A DNA stretch of 32,724 bases. It comes from a virus. Its lineage: Duplodnaviria; Caudoviricetes. Each line of letters begins with the position of its first letter. Within the stretch, counting starts at the first letter, position 1. Location: IMG/VR virus record IMGVR_UViG_3300049141_000053, positions 1 through 32,724 of that record. The stretch is one strand, 5' to 3'. The notes below the pieces were generated by a model that saw only the letters and a program-made list of their open reading frames with translations, was not told where the DNA came from and did no database searches. Both the position numbers and the translations under genes were made by a program. Below, one piece after another: positions 8,495-16,660 of the stretch.

Positions 8495-8716
8495 ATGTTC
8501 GCATGGCGTCGTACAGCCGTCCGTAAGAGGGTCGTCGTCAACCTGGCCGACAAGGCCTTCAGCGGGATCCTGTGGGCGAAGCGCGGTCCGCTGCTTGTGC
8601 TCCGTGACGTGGAGCTGCTGGAGGCCGGCCGTGCCCCTCAGCCGGTCGACGGCGAGGTGGTCATCGAGCGGGGCAAGGTCGAGTTCACTCAGGTGCTGGC
8701 GGGCGGGGGTGGCTGA
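8495..8716 (+). CDS. Putative Sm/Lsm-fold (Hfq-like) small protein (73 aa)
   Basis: GGAGG RBS; KRVVVNL..AFSGIL....LLVLRDVE...GEVVIERGKVEFTQVL follows Sm1/Sm2 strand spacing. Confidence 0.65.
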   Translation: MFAWRRTAVRKRVVVNLADKAFSGILWAKRGPLLVLRDVELLEAGRAPQPVDGEVVIERGKVEFTQVLAGGGG

Positions 8717-10647
8717 TGGCGTTCGTCGTGAGCTCGGGGCAGCTCTCTACGACTGGGGCCGGGGTCACGCCGATGTTTTCGGCTATGCCGATCTCGGCTG
8801 CTCCGTGGGAGTACGAGGCGATCTGGCGGACCCAACCGCAGGTGCGCACCGTGATCTCGTTCCTAGCCAGGAACATTGCCCAAGTCGGCATCCACACCTT
8901 CCGTCGCGTCAGTGACACGGACCGGGAGCGCCTGACCGATCACCCGCTGGCGCAGCTGCTCGCCGAGCCGCTGCCGGGAATGACGCAGTACCGGTTCATC
9001 GAGCGGATGGTGTCGGACTACGCCCTCTACGACGACTTCTATGCGATCAAACTGCGGCTGCGGGGCCGACGCGCGGTGCTGCCGGTCCCTCCGACACTGA
9101 TCCGCCCGGCAGAGGGCAACTGGATCGCGCCGAAGTACTACGAAACCGCCGGAGGCCGGGACTTCGCCCCGGAAGAGGTCGTCCACATCCACGGCTACAC
9201 CCCGGAGACGCTGACCCACGGCACCTCGCCGATCGAGTCGCTGCGGGACGTGCTGCTGGAGTCCACGGAGGCGGCCAAGCAGCGCGCGGCCATGTGGAAG
9301 GGCGGAGCCCGCCACACCGGCGTTCTGGTTCGCCCTCCGGACGCTCCTGAGTGGGGGCCGGGGGAGAAGGCCCGCTTCCGCGAGATGTGGCGGAGCTTTA
9401 CGCAGGGCGGCGGCGCCGAGGGTGGCACGCCGATACTCGAAGACGGCATGGACTACAAGCCGGTCGGCTTCAACCCGCAGCAGGCCCAGTACATCGAGGC
9501 CCGCAAGCTGACCCGCGAAGAGGTCAGCGCGGCATACTTCATTCCGCCGCCGCTGATCGGGATCCTCGATCACGCCACCTACTCCAACATCAAGGAGCAG
9601 CACAGCCACCTGTATCAGGACACGCTCGGCCCTTACATGACGATGTTCGCTCAGGAGATACAGGCCCAGATCCTTGCGGACCTTCCTGACAGCCAGGACG
9701 TGTACTGCGAGTTCAATATCGACGCGAAGCTGCGGGGCAGCTTCGAGGAGCAGGCCGCCGCGGCGTCGACGGCGACGGGTCGGCCGTGGATGACCGTCAA
9801 CGAGACGCGGGCCCGCAACAACCTGCCTGCGATCGACGGCGGCGACGAGCTGATCGTCCCGCTGAACGTCACCGAGGGCGGCTTGGCGTCCCCGAGGGAC
9901 ACTGCGCCGGAGCCTGACGCGGCCCCAAAAGCGTTGGCCCGGCGGGTAGCCACAAAGGCCGGGCCGACAACGGGCGAGCCCTCGCTGGATGAGCTTCGCG
10001 AGGAGTTCGCTTCATCGCTTGCCGAGCTGACCGACGAGGAGTTCGCCTCGCTGCTGGCCTCCGGCCCGGGCAGCGTAGGCGCAGTGCGGGCCTGGTGGAC
10101 GTCCGGCCGGGCGGGCCGGCTGGCGAAGTTCTCCAAGTTGATCGCCGACTACATCCTGCGCTTCGGGCGCGCGGGCGCCCGCAAGGTGCTGGAGGAGTTC
10201 AACCCTTCCGAGGACGGCTGGGCGGCGGAGGCGATGGAGCCGTGGCTGCTGGCGGCTGCCCTGCACCACGCGCAGCTGCACGACGCAGCCGGCGAGCAGG
10301 CGGCGGTCGAGGCCGCCGCAGCACCACCTGAGGAGGGTGGCGTCGCCGCGGCGCTGGTGCTGGCGGGCGGACTATGGGCGGCTGCCGCCTTGACCCGGAG
10401 TGAGACGGCCGCGACGGAGGCTATGTCGTTCGGCGGCCACGACGCGGCTGAGGCATCGGGGGTCGGCTTCAAGGTATGGCAGACCACCAGCAGTAACCCG
10501 CGGGCCCAGCATGCCGCTATCAACGGGGAGAAGGCCCCGCTGGGTGGGGTGTTCTCCAACGGCTTGCGCTGGCCCGGCGACAGCACAGGTGACGCAGACG
10601 AGACGGCGAACTGCCGCTGCCTTCTGACGTATTCGAATTCGGAGTGA
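8716..10647 (+). CDS. HK97-family portal protein fused to a C-terminal MuF/SPP1 gp7-like head morphogenesis domain (643 aa)
   Basis: Portal motifs EVVHIH, GTSPIESLR, ILEDGMDY, FIPPPLIG, TYSNI and MTVNETRA; C-terminal KVWQT..R..H...NGE...FSNGLRWPGD...NCRC. Confidence 0.9.
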   Translation: MAFVVSSGQLSTTGAGVTPMFSAMPISAAPWEYEAIWRTQPQVRTVISFLARNIAQVGIHTFRRVSDTDRERLTDHPLAQLLAEPLPGMTQYRFIERMVSDYALYDDFYAIKLRLRGRRAVLPVPPTLIRPAEGNWIAPKYYETAGGRDFAPEEVVHIHGYTPETLTHGTSPIESLRDVLLESTEAAKQRAAMWKGGARHTGVLVRPPDAPEWGPGEKARFREMWRSFTQGGGAEGGTPILEDGMDYKPVGFNPQQAQYIEARKLTREEVSAAYFIPPPLIGILDHATYSNIKEQHSHLYQDTLGPYMTMFAQEIQAQILADLPDSQDVYCEFNIDAKLRGSFEEQAAAASTATGRPWMTVNETRARNNLPAIDGGDELIVPLNVTEGGLASPRDTAPEPDAAPKALARRVATKAGPTTGEPSLDELREEFASSLAELTDEEFASLLASGPGSVGAVRAWWTSGRAGRLAKFSKLIADYILRFGRAGARKVLEEFNPSEDGWAAEAMEPWLLAAALHHAQLHDAAGEQAAVEAAAAPPEEGGVAAALVLAGGLWAAAALTRSETAATEAMSFGGHDAAEASGVGFKVWQTTSSNPRAQHAAINGEKAPLGGVFSNGLRWPGDSTGDADETANCRCLLTYSNSE

Positions 10648-10649
10648 CC

Positions 10650-11468
10650 ATGCGGACTAAGAGCTGCCCGGTGCGGATCAAGGCCGCGGGCACCCATGAA
10701 GGCACCGACGAGGGCGTGTTTGAGGCCATCGTCGCCGCCTACAACCTCGACAGCGTCGGCGACAAGATCACCCCCGGAGCGTTTGCCGAAACCCTCGCCG
10801 AATGGAAGGGCCGCGGCGACCCGATCCCGGTGCTGTGGTCGCACATGTCCCACGACCCCGACTACCACATCGGCGAAGTCCTGGAGGCCGAGGAACGGCC
10901 GGAAGGACTCTGGGTCAAGGCCCGCATCGATCTCGACGCAACCAAGGCCGCCCAGGTCTACAAGCTGCTGAAGGGACGCCGCGTCACTCAGTTCAGCTTT
11001 GCCTACGACATCGAAGAGGGCTCGTGGGTGGAACAGAAGGACGGCCCCGGCTACTACGAACTGCGCAAGCTCAAGCTGTACGAGGTCGGTCCGACGTTGA
11101 TCGGCGCGAACCAGGCCACCGAGCTCATCGACGTAAAGAGCGCTACGGAGCCCCACACACTTCCTGACCTGGTGAAGGTCCAGGAGACGCTCGAGAACCT
11201 GAAGGCCGGCAGGACGCTGTCGTCCCAGAACGAGCAGCGGGTGCGCGACATCGCGCGCCTGGCCAAGGAGCTGCTGGACTCCCTCCCTTCCAGCGACAAC
11301 GAATCGCAGGACGCCGAGAAGGCCACGCCTGCCCCGCCCGCTGACGCCTCGCCCCAGGAAGCCCCTGAGGCCAAGGCGGCACAGCCCGCCGGGCCGAGCC
11401 CCGCCTCGCTCCGTCTGCACGCCGACCTCGCCGCCCTTGAGGCGGAGGTCTCCACGCTTACGGATTGA
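10650..11468 (+). CDS. HK97-family prohead (capsid maturation) protease
   Basis: DSVGDKITPGAFAETL, PVLWSH, GLWVKA, FSFAY, LYEVGPTLIGAN. Confidence 0.93.
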   Translation: MRTKSCPVRIKAAGTHEGTDEGVFEAIVAAYNLDSVGDKITPGAFAETLAEWKGRGDPIPVLWSHMSHDPDYHIGEVLEAEERPEGLWVKARIDLDATKAAQVYKLLKGRRVTQFSFAYDIEEGSWVEQKDGPGYYELRKLKLYEVGPTLIGANQATELIDVKSATEPHTLPDLVKVQETLENLKAGRTLSSQNEQRVRDIARLAKELLDSLPSSDNESQDAEKATPAPPADASPQEAPEAKAAQPAGPSPASLRLHADLAALEAEVSTLTD

Positions 11469-11476
11469 GGAGAGCC

Positions 11477-12769
11477 GTGAACAAGATCGAGGAGCTGAAG
11501 GAACAGCTCAAGCACCACCTGCTGCAGGCCCAGGCCATCGCATCCAAGGCGGACGACGAGGGCCGCGACTTCACCGACGACGAGCGCACCCAGGTCACCG
11601 AGCACATGGCCAAGGCGCAGGAAGCGAAGGCCGGCCTGGAGAAGGCCAAGGCCTCGGCCACCATGCGCCAGGCCCTGGCCGACCTCGGCGACGACATCCA
11701 GCTGGAGGAGAAGGCTGCTGGCGAACGCCGCACACCCTCGGGGCTGGTCGTCCCGGACGCCAAGGCGTCGCTGGGCGAGACCTTCGTCAAGTCCGCCGAG
11801 TTCCAGGGCCTGATGGCGACCGCACCGAACGGCGTGTTCGGCAAGGACCACCGGGTGCAGTCCCGGCCGGTCGGCTACAAGGCACTCGTCACCGGGGGCT
11901 CCGACACCTCCGGTGGCGCCTTCGTCACCAACCAGATGATGGGCCTGCAGGTCGGACAGCTGGCGTTCCAGCGTCCGCTGCGGCTGCGCGACGTGGTCAC
12001 GAACCTGACCACCACGTCCGACACCATCGAGTACGTGCGGATGACGTCGCAGACGAACAACGCCGCACCGGTCGCCGAGTCGACGGCCACCGCCGATCCG
12101 GGCACGATGAACGCCGCGAACGGGGTCAAGCCCGAGTCGGCGCTCGCCTGGGCGAAGGTGACGACTCCGGTGCGCACCATCGCGCACTGGATCCCGATCA
12201 CCAAGCGGGCCCTGTCGGACGCCGCGCAGGTTCGCTCCATCATCGACGCCTTCCTCCGCTACGGCCTGGAGGAGGAACTCGAAGACCAGATGGTGTCCGG
12301 CGACGGCACCGGCGAAAACCTGGAGGGCCTGTCCAACGTCTCCGGCGTGCAGGCGCAGGCGTGGGACACGAACCTGCTCACCACCACCCGCAAGGCCCGC
12401 ACCAAGGTCCGCCTCGTCGGCAGGAGCACGCCGAACGCCTACCTGTTCAACCCGGCGGACCTGGAGGCCATCGACCTCCTGCAGGACAACGAGGCCCGCT
12501 ACTACTTCGGCGGCCCGCAGGGCCTGGGCACCGCCGGCACCCTCTGGGGCCTGCCGGTCATCGAAACCGAGGCCGTTCCGGCAGGCACCGGCTACGTCGG
12601 CGACTTCCGCAAAGCCGTGCTGTGGGACCGCGAGCAGGCGTCCATCACCATCTCGGACTCCCACGCGAACTTCTTCATCCGCAATATGGTCGCGATCCTC
12701 GCCGAGATGCGCGCCGCGTTCGGCATCATCCAGCCCAACGCCTTCGTCGAGATTGACCTCACCGCCTGA
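11477..12769 (+). CDS. HK97-fold major capsid protein with N-terminal delta (scaffold) domain
   Basis: GAGGAG RBS and GTG 11477; coiled-coil N-terminus; KPES, TIAHWIPIT, GDGTGENLEG, TLWGLPVI and FIRNMVAILAEMR. Confidence 0.95.
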   Translation: MNKIEELKEQLKHHLLQAQAIASKADDEGRDFTDDERTQVTEHMAKAQEAKAGLEKAKASATMRQALADLGDDIQLEEKAAGERRTPSGLVVPDAKASLGETFVKSAEFQGLMATAPNGVFGKDHRVQSRPVGYKALVTGGSDTSGGAFVTNQMMGLQVGQLAFQRPLRLRDVVTNLTTTSDTIEYVRMTSQTNNAAPVAESTATADPGTMNAANGVKPESALAWAKVTTPVRTIAHWIPITKRALSDAAQVRSIIDAFLRYGLEEELEDQMVSGDGTGENLEGLSNVSGVQAQAWDTNLLTTTRKARTKVRLVGRSTPNAYLFNPADLEAIDLLQDNEARYYFGGPQGLGTAGTLWGLPVIETEAVPAGTGYVGDFRKAVLWDREQASITISDSHANFFIRNMVAILAEMRAAFGIIQPNAFVEIDLTA

Positions 12770-12783
12770 TCGGAGGGCCTGAC

Positions 12784-12948
12784 ATGGCGTACCTGAACCC
12801 CGGCGCAGGCGCCGCCCGCGAGGGAAAGCAGGCTGCGGCGGTCGCCAACATCGCCACCCCGGCATCGGCGACCGCGCAGCAGTGCGCGGAGAAGATCAAC
12901 GAGCTACTGGCGGCACTGCGTGCGGCCGGCTTGCTGGCGTCCTCGTGA
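12784..12948 (+). CDS. Head fibre/decoration-like small protein (54 aa), not in the ORF track
   Basis: GGAGG RBS; MAYLNPGAGAAREGKQAAAVANIATPASATAQQCAEKINELLAALRAAGLLASS; the KINELLAALRAAGL ending is typical of head-fibre proteins. Confidence 0.75.
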   Translation: MAYLNPGAGAAREGKQAAAVANIATPASATAQQCAEKINELLAALRAAGLLASS

Positions 12949-13292
12949 CGCTGGTCAGCTCACGGACGGTCCGGGGCCGCTGCCCGATGTGCGGTGCCGC
13001 TCACGCCGCATGCGGCACGGCCTCGGACTCCACTCCCGTCGACGAACGAATGGAGGTGGCCGCCGTGGGCGGACCGCTGAAGAAGTATGAGGTCACCACG
13101 CCGCACGGCGTACAGACCACCATGAAGCTCAACGAAGAGGACGCCAGGCGGCTCGGCGTCCTCGACGAGCCCGACAGCGACTCCTCCGAGGCTGGCAGCG
13201 GAGACGCACAACCGGCCGCGAAGAAGCGTGCCGTCAGCAACAAGGCGCGGACCGCGGCCAGCAAGGGCGGTGCGGGCGGTGGCGACGACTGA
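12945..13292 (+). CDS. Hypothetical head-region protein with an N-terminal CxxC (115 aa)
   Basis: GTGA overlap with the upstream stop; CPMCGAAHAAC; basic low-complexity tail. Confidence 0.65.
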   Translation: MTLVSSRTVRGRCPMCGAAHAACGTASDSTPVDERMEVAAVGGPLKKYEVTTPHGVQTTMKLNEEDARRLGVLDEPDSDSSEAGSGDAQPAAKKRAVSNKARTAASKGGAGGGDD

Positions 13293-13830
13293 CTACCTCG
13301 CCGACCCGGCCGACCTGGCCGTCTGGCTGGGCGTCCCGGCCGACGACGCGAAACTCCTGCAAGCCCTGGGGGCGGCGTCCAGCCGCTTCCGGGGTGCGGT
13401 ACGGCACCACGTGTCCTTCGTGGCTGGCGACACGGTCACGCTGGACGGCAACGGCAAGGAGTCGCTGCTGCTGCCGGCCGCGCCGGTTACGGCCGTCACA
13501 TCGGTGAGGCTGGACGGCGAGGTGCTCATCTACGACACCGACTACCGCTGGTCACAGGACGGGTTTCTGCGGCGGGTCGGCCGCTGCTGGCCGGACAAGC
13601 TGCGCTGTGTAGAGGTGGTTTACAGCCACGGCTACCAGCAGATTCCGGAGGACATCGCCGAGGTTGTCATCGATCAGGCGCGCGCCCAGTACACGGTGCG
13701 CCCGGGCCTGACCTCAATGACGGTGGGCGGCCAGCAGGTCGGCTTCGGCGCGCAGGCCTCGGTCGGGGTCACCGCTCAGTGGACGACGATGGTGGAGAAG
13801 TACCGGATCAACCACGGTGATGCGCCGTGA
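13279..13830 (+). CDS. Head-to-tail adaptor
   Basis: LADPADLAVWLG...VTLDGNG...LLLP..PV..V.SV...VVYSHGYQQIPEDI; position after the capsid genes. Confidence 0.85.
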   Translation: MATTDYLADPADLAVWLGVPADDAKLLQALGAASSRFRGAVRHHVSFVAGDTVTLDGNGKESLLLPAAPVTAVTSVRLDGEVLIYDTDYRWSQDGFLRRVGRCWPDKLRCVEVVYSHGYQQIPEDIAEVVIDQARAQYTVRPGLTSMTVGGQQVGFGAQASVGVTAQWTTMVEKYRINHGDAP

Positions 13831-14180
13831 GCCTGTTCTTCCACCAGCAGGTCGTGCGCGTGAGAGCCCCGCTCGTCGAGGACCGCTACCACAACAAGAA
13901 GCGCGACTGGGACAACGCCGAGCGCGTCACCATCTCCGGCGTGAACATTCAGCCCGCCGGAACCCCGGTGCGGTCGGAGGAGGACACCGATGACCGGCAG
14001 ACCACCGTCACCGCATGGAACCTGCAGAGTTCCGAGGGCCGCGACTTGGACCTGCTGGAGACGGACCGCATCGAGTTTGACGGAATGACCCTGGAGGTCG
14101 ACGGTAAGGTGGGCCGTTGGCCCGATCCCTTCGGGCCCGGTGTCCATCACGTCGAGGCCCGCCTCAGGGAGGTGGACTAG
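13827..14180 (+). CDS. Head-to-tail stopper/closure protein
   Basis: DRYHNKKRDW...VNIQP...DRIEFDG..LEVDG...W......HHVE; synteny. Confidence 0.85.
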   Translation: MSLFFHQQVVRVRAPLVEDRYHNKKRDWDNAERVTISGVNIQPAGTPVRSEEDTDDRQTTVTAWNLQSSEGRDLDLLETDRIEFDGMTLEVDGKVGRWPDPFGPGVHHVEARLREVD

Positions 14181-14548
14181 TGGCCCGCGCCCGGGTGGTG
14201 TTCGACCGCCGCGTGTTCCGCCAGATCGCCTCCAGCCCCGAGATGGCGTCCTATCTACTGTCGATCGCCAACCGCGGCAAGGCCATTGCCGAAGCGCTCG
14301 CGCCCACCTACAGCGGCCCCACCTGGGGCACCGAGATCCGCTCCCAGGACTACAAGCGGTCCCTCGAGGCGAAGTTGGTCCGCAACAACTTCGGCTGGCG
14401 CAGCGAGATCGCCGCGAACGTCGCCTACGCCGTACAGGTCGAGTTCGGCACCGGCCGCCCGTACACGTCTCAGGAACGCCCACAGGAGGGCTACTCGCCA
14501 AAGTGGCGGGTCCTGGGCCGCACTCTGGATGCGATGAGGAGCTCCTGA
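14180..14548 (+). CDS. HK97 gp10-like neck/tail-completion protein
   Basis: ANVAYAVQVEFGT motif; synteny. Confidence 0.8.
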   Translation: MARARVVFDRRVFRQIASSPEMASYLLSIANRGKAIAEALAPTYSGPTWGTEIRSQDYKRSLEAKLVRNNFGWRSEIAANVAYAVQVEFGTGRPYTSQERPQEGYSPKWRVLGRTLDAMRSS

Positions 14549-14778
14549 TGCCTCGAATCAAGCTCGCCCACTGGGTGGGCGAGCACAAGCCGGGTGACGA
14601 GATCGAGGTGAGCGCCGTCGAGCTGGCTGCTCTGTCTCGCGACGGCCGCGTCGCCGCGGTTGTCGAAGCCCCGGCCGACCAGCCGCCGGTGCCATCGCAA
14701 GAGGTCCCAGCGCAGCCTGAACCGGTAGTCGAGCAGCAGCCGGAACCGGCGGCTGAGGCAGGCCGCAAGCGGCGATGA
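14548..14778 (+). CDS. Small hypothetical virion-region protein (76 aa)
   Basis: ATG overlaps the upstream TGA; MPRIKLAHWVGEHKPGDEIEV; Pro/Glu-rich tail. Confidence 0.65.
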   Translation: MPRIKLAHWVGEHKPGDEIEVSAVELAALSRDGRVAAVVEAPADQPPVPSQEVPAQPEPVVEQQPEPAAEAGRKRR

Positions 14779-15176
14779 CCCTGCCCATCGTGCCGATGCC
14801 GGACATCGAGCAGGTCGCTATCGATCTGCTGGCTGACGTCCTCGACGACTCGGTCACGCTCGGCAGCGAGTGGCCCGAAGATCTGGTACAGCACCTTCCC
14901 GTGGTGGCTGTCAGCCTGGGCCCGAGCGGCGGATCCGCCATCAAGGCGGTGACGGCAAACCGCGGCCTGGATATCGACGTGCTGGCTGCAACGAAGGGCG
15001 AGGCGAGAGACCTCGCAGCGCTCGTGTCCGCACACCTGATCGCCGCCCAGGGCACGACACGACCCGGCGCCCGCATCTACGGCGTGGACGAGACCAGCCT
15101 GATCTGGCTGCCCGACCCGGTGACGAACATCCCCCGCTACGTGCTCGTGATGAGCATGGTGGTCCGCCCCGCGTAG
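14775..15176 (+). CDS. Tail terminator protein
   Basis: MPDIEQVAI...LDIDVLA....ARDLA...PDPVTNIPRY; just upstream of the tail tube gene. Confidence 0.8.
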   Translation: MTLPIVPMPDIEQVAIDLLADVLDDSVTLGSEWPEDLVQHLPVVAVSLGPSGGSAIKAVTANRGLDIDVLAATKGEARDLAALVSAHLIAAQGTTRPGARIYGVDETSLIWLPDPVTNIPRYVLVMSMVVRPA

Positions 15177-15260
15177 CAGCACCCAACCCGCACCCCTCTT
15201 CTGACCATTTCACCCGTCGGTCGTCGGCCGCGCGGGTCTCTCGCATTCCTGGAGGCATCC

Positions 15261-15824
15261 GTGGCGAACGACGCCGACAACGTGAGGGTCGGTCTCAACG
15301 GCTCGATCTACATCGCCCCGAAGGGCACCACCGCTCCCGCCGATCTGACCACCGCGTGGCCGGCGGGCTGGGTGGATCTCGGCTACCTGTCCGACGACGG
15401 CGTCGAGATGTCGTACAGCACGGAGACGGAGGACATCAACGCCTGGCAGTCCCTCTCCCCGGTGCGCAAGGTGCTGACCGGCGTCGACATGACGTTGGGC
15501 TTCACCGCGATCGAGCTGAAGACGTCCACGATGACGCTGTACTTCCCGAGCGCCACCATGACGGACGTGTCCGGCACGGTGCACAAGCTGTCCATCCCGG
15601 CGGCGCCGGAGCCGGACGAGCGCGCGATCGGACTGGAGTGGATCGATGGCGACATCACCAACCGGCTGATCATCGCCCGCGGTGAGGTCACCGACCGCGA
15701 AGCCATCACCTTCGCCCGCTCCGGCGCGGTCGGCCTCGGCATGACCGTGTCCGCTTACGCCGACACCGCCCCGGAGATCGCCGTCTGGCTGTCCAACGAC
15801 CCCGCCTGGGGCGCGGCAGCGTAA
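15261..15824 (+). CDS. Major tail (tube) protein
   Basis: GGAGG RBS; IYIAPKGTTAP...WVDLGYLSDDGV...INAWQS. Confidence 0.9.
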   Translation: MANDADNVRVGLNGSIYIAPKGTTAPADLTTAWPAGWVDLGYLSDDGVEMSYSTETEDINAWQSLSPVRKVLTGVDMTLGFTAIELKTSTMTLYFPSATMTDVSGTVHKLSIPAAPEPDERAIGLEWIDGDITNRLIIARGEVTDREAITFARSGAVGLGMTVSAYADTAPEIAVWLSNDPAWGAAA

Positions 15825-15830
15825 CCAGCT

Positions 15831-15866
15831 CCCGGCAGGCGTGCCATGCGGGTCGCGCCTGCCGGG
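15831..15866 (+). terminator. Stem-loop after the major tail gene (terminator or mRNA stabiliser)
   Basis: CCCGGCAGGCGTG (15831-15843) pairs with CGCGCCTGCCGGG (15854-15866). Confidence 0.65.
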
Positions 15867-15899
15867 TCTCAACCCGCTACCACCCGCGAGGAGATGCAC

Positions 15900-16229
15900 A
15901 TGCCCAGCAAGACCGTCGGCACGGAGGTCGTCGACCTCACCTCGCTCGCGAAGCAGCGCCGCGACGCGCTGCCGCAGCCCACCACGTTCAACCTGTTCGA
16001 CGTCGAGTTCACGCTGCCCCCGATCAAGTCCCTGCCGTTCGAGCTGCAGGAGCGGGTCGGCGACCTCGACAACACCGTCGAGGTGCTCAAGGATCTCCTC
16101 GGCCGCGACAAGGTCAAGGAGATGTACGCCGCGGGCTTCACGTTCGGCGACCTGGAGCTGATCGCGCAGGAGTGGCAGCGGCGCTCCGGCGTGGAGCCGG
16201 GGGAATCTCCGGCCTCCGCCGCTTCCTAG
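15900..16229 (+). CDS. Tail assembly chaperone (gpG equivalent)
   Basis: GAGGAG RBS; lies between tail tube and tape measure; slippery GGGGGAA near the 3' end. Confidence 0.85.
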   Translation: MPSKTVGTEVVDLTSLAKQRRDALPQPTTFNLFDVEFTLPPIKSLPFELQERVGDLDNTVEVLKDLLGRDKVKEMYAAGFTFGDLELIAQEWQRRSGVEPGESPASAAS

Positions 16230-16648
16230 AGGAGTACGGGGAGGCCGTCGAGTGGGACATCCCCCGGTACTGGCCGGGCCGGTCCCTGCTGGAGCTGTAT
16301 CGCGGCCAGATGTCGTGGCGGGAGCTGCGCGTCTTCCTGCGCTACCTGCCGCCCGACTCGGCGACCGCGCGGGCGGTGCGCGGGTCTTCGCCGGAGGAGG
16401 ACGCGTGGACGCTGGACCGGCAACTGCTGGCGACGATCGCTGATGCGGTCCGGGAGAACACCTTCGCCACGGTCAAGCTCGGCGGCGACCCGAAGAAGAC
16501 GGGCCGCCTGAAGCCGCCACAGCCGATCCCTCGGCCGGGCGTCGAGACGCCAGCCACAAAGAGCAACGTCATCCGCTTCGGAGGCAAGCACGGCTCCGGG
16601 GCTAAACAGCTGGCGCAGGTCTTCGGGAGGCCCGCCGCGAACCAGTGA
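16199..16648 (+). CDS. -1 frameshift extension of the tail assembly chaperone (gpGT equivalent)
   Basis: G GGG GAA at 16199-16205; the -1 frame is open to 16648 (GISGLRRFLEEYGEAVEWDIPRYW...PQPIPRPG). Confidence 0.85.
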   Translation, partial: GGISGLRRFLEEYGEAVEWDIPRYWPGRSLLELYRGQMSWRELRVFLRYLPPDSATARAVRGSSPEEDAWTLDRQLLATIADAVRENTFATVKLGGDPKKTGRLKPPQPIPRPGVETPATKSNVIRFGGKHGSGAKQLAQVFGRPAANQ

Positions 16649-16660
16649 CGGGGGTGCGCG

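Noticed and set aside
11054-12865. 603-aa minus-strand ORF over the protease and capsid genes
   Set aside because: Antisense shadow of strongly biased genes.
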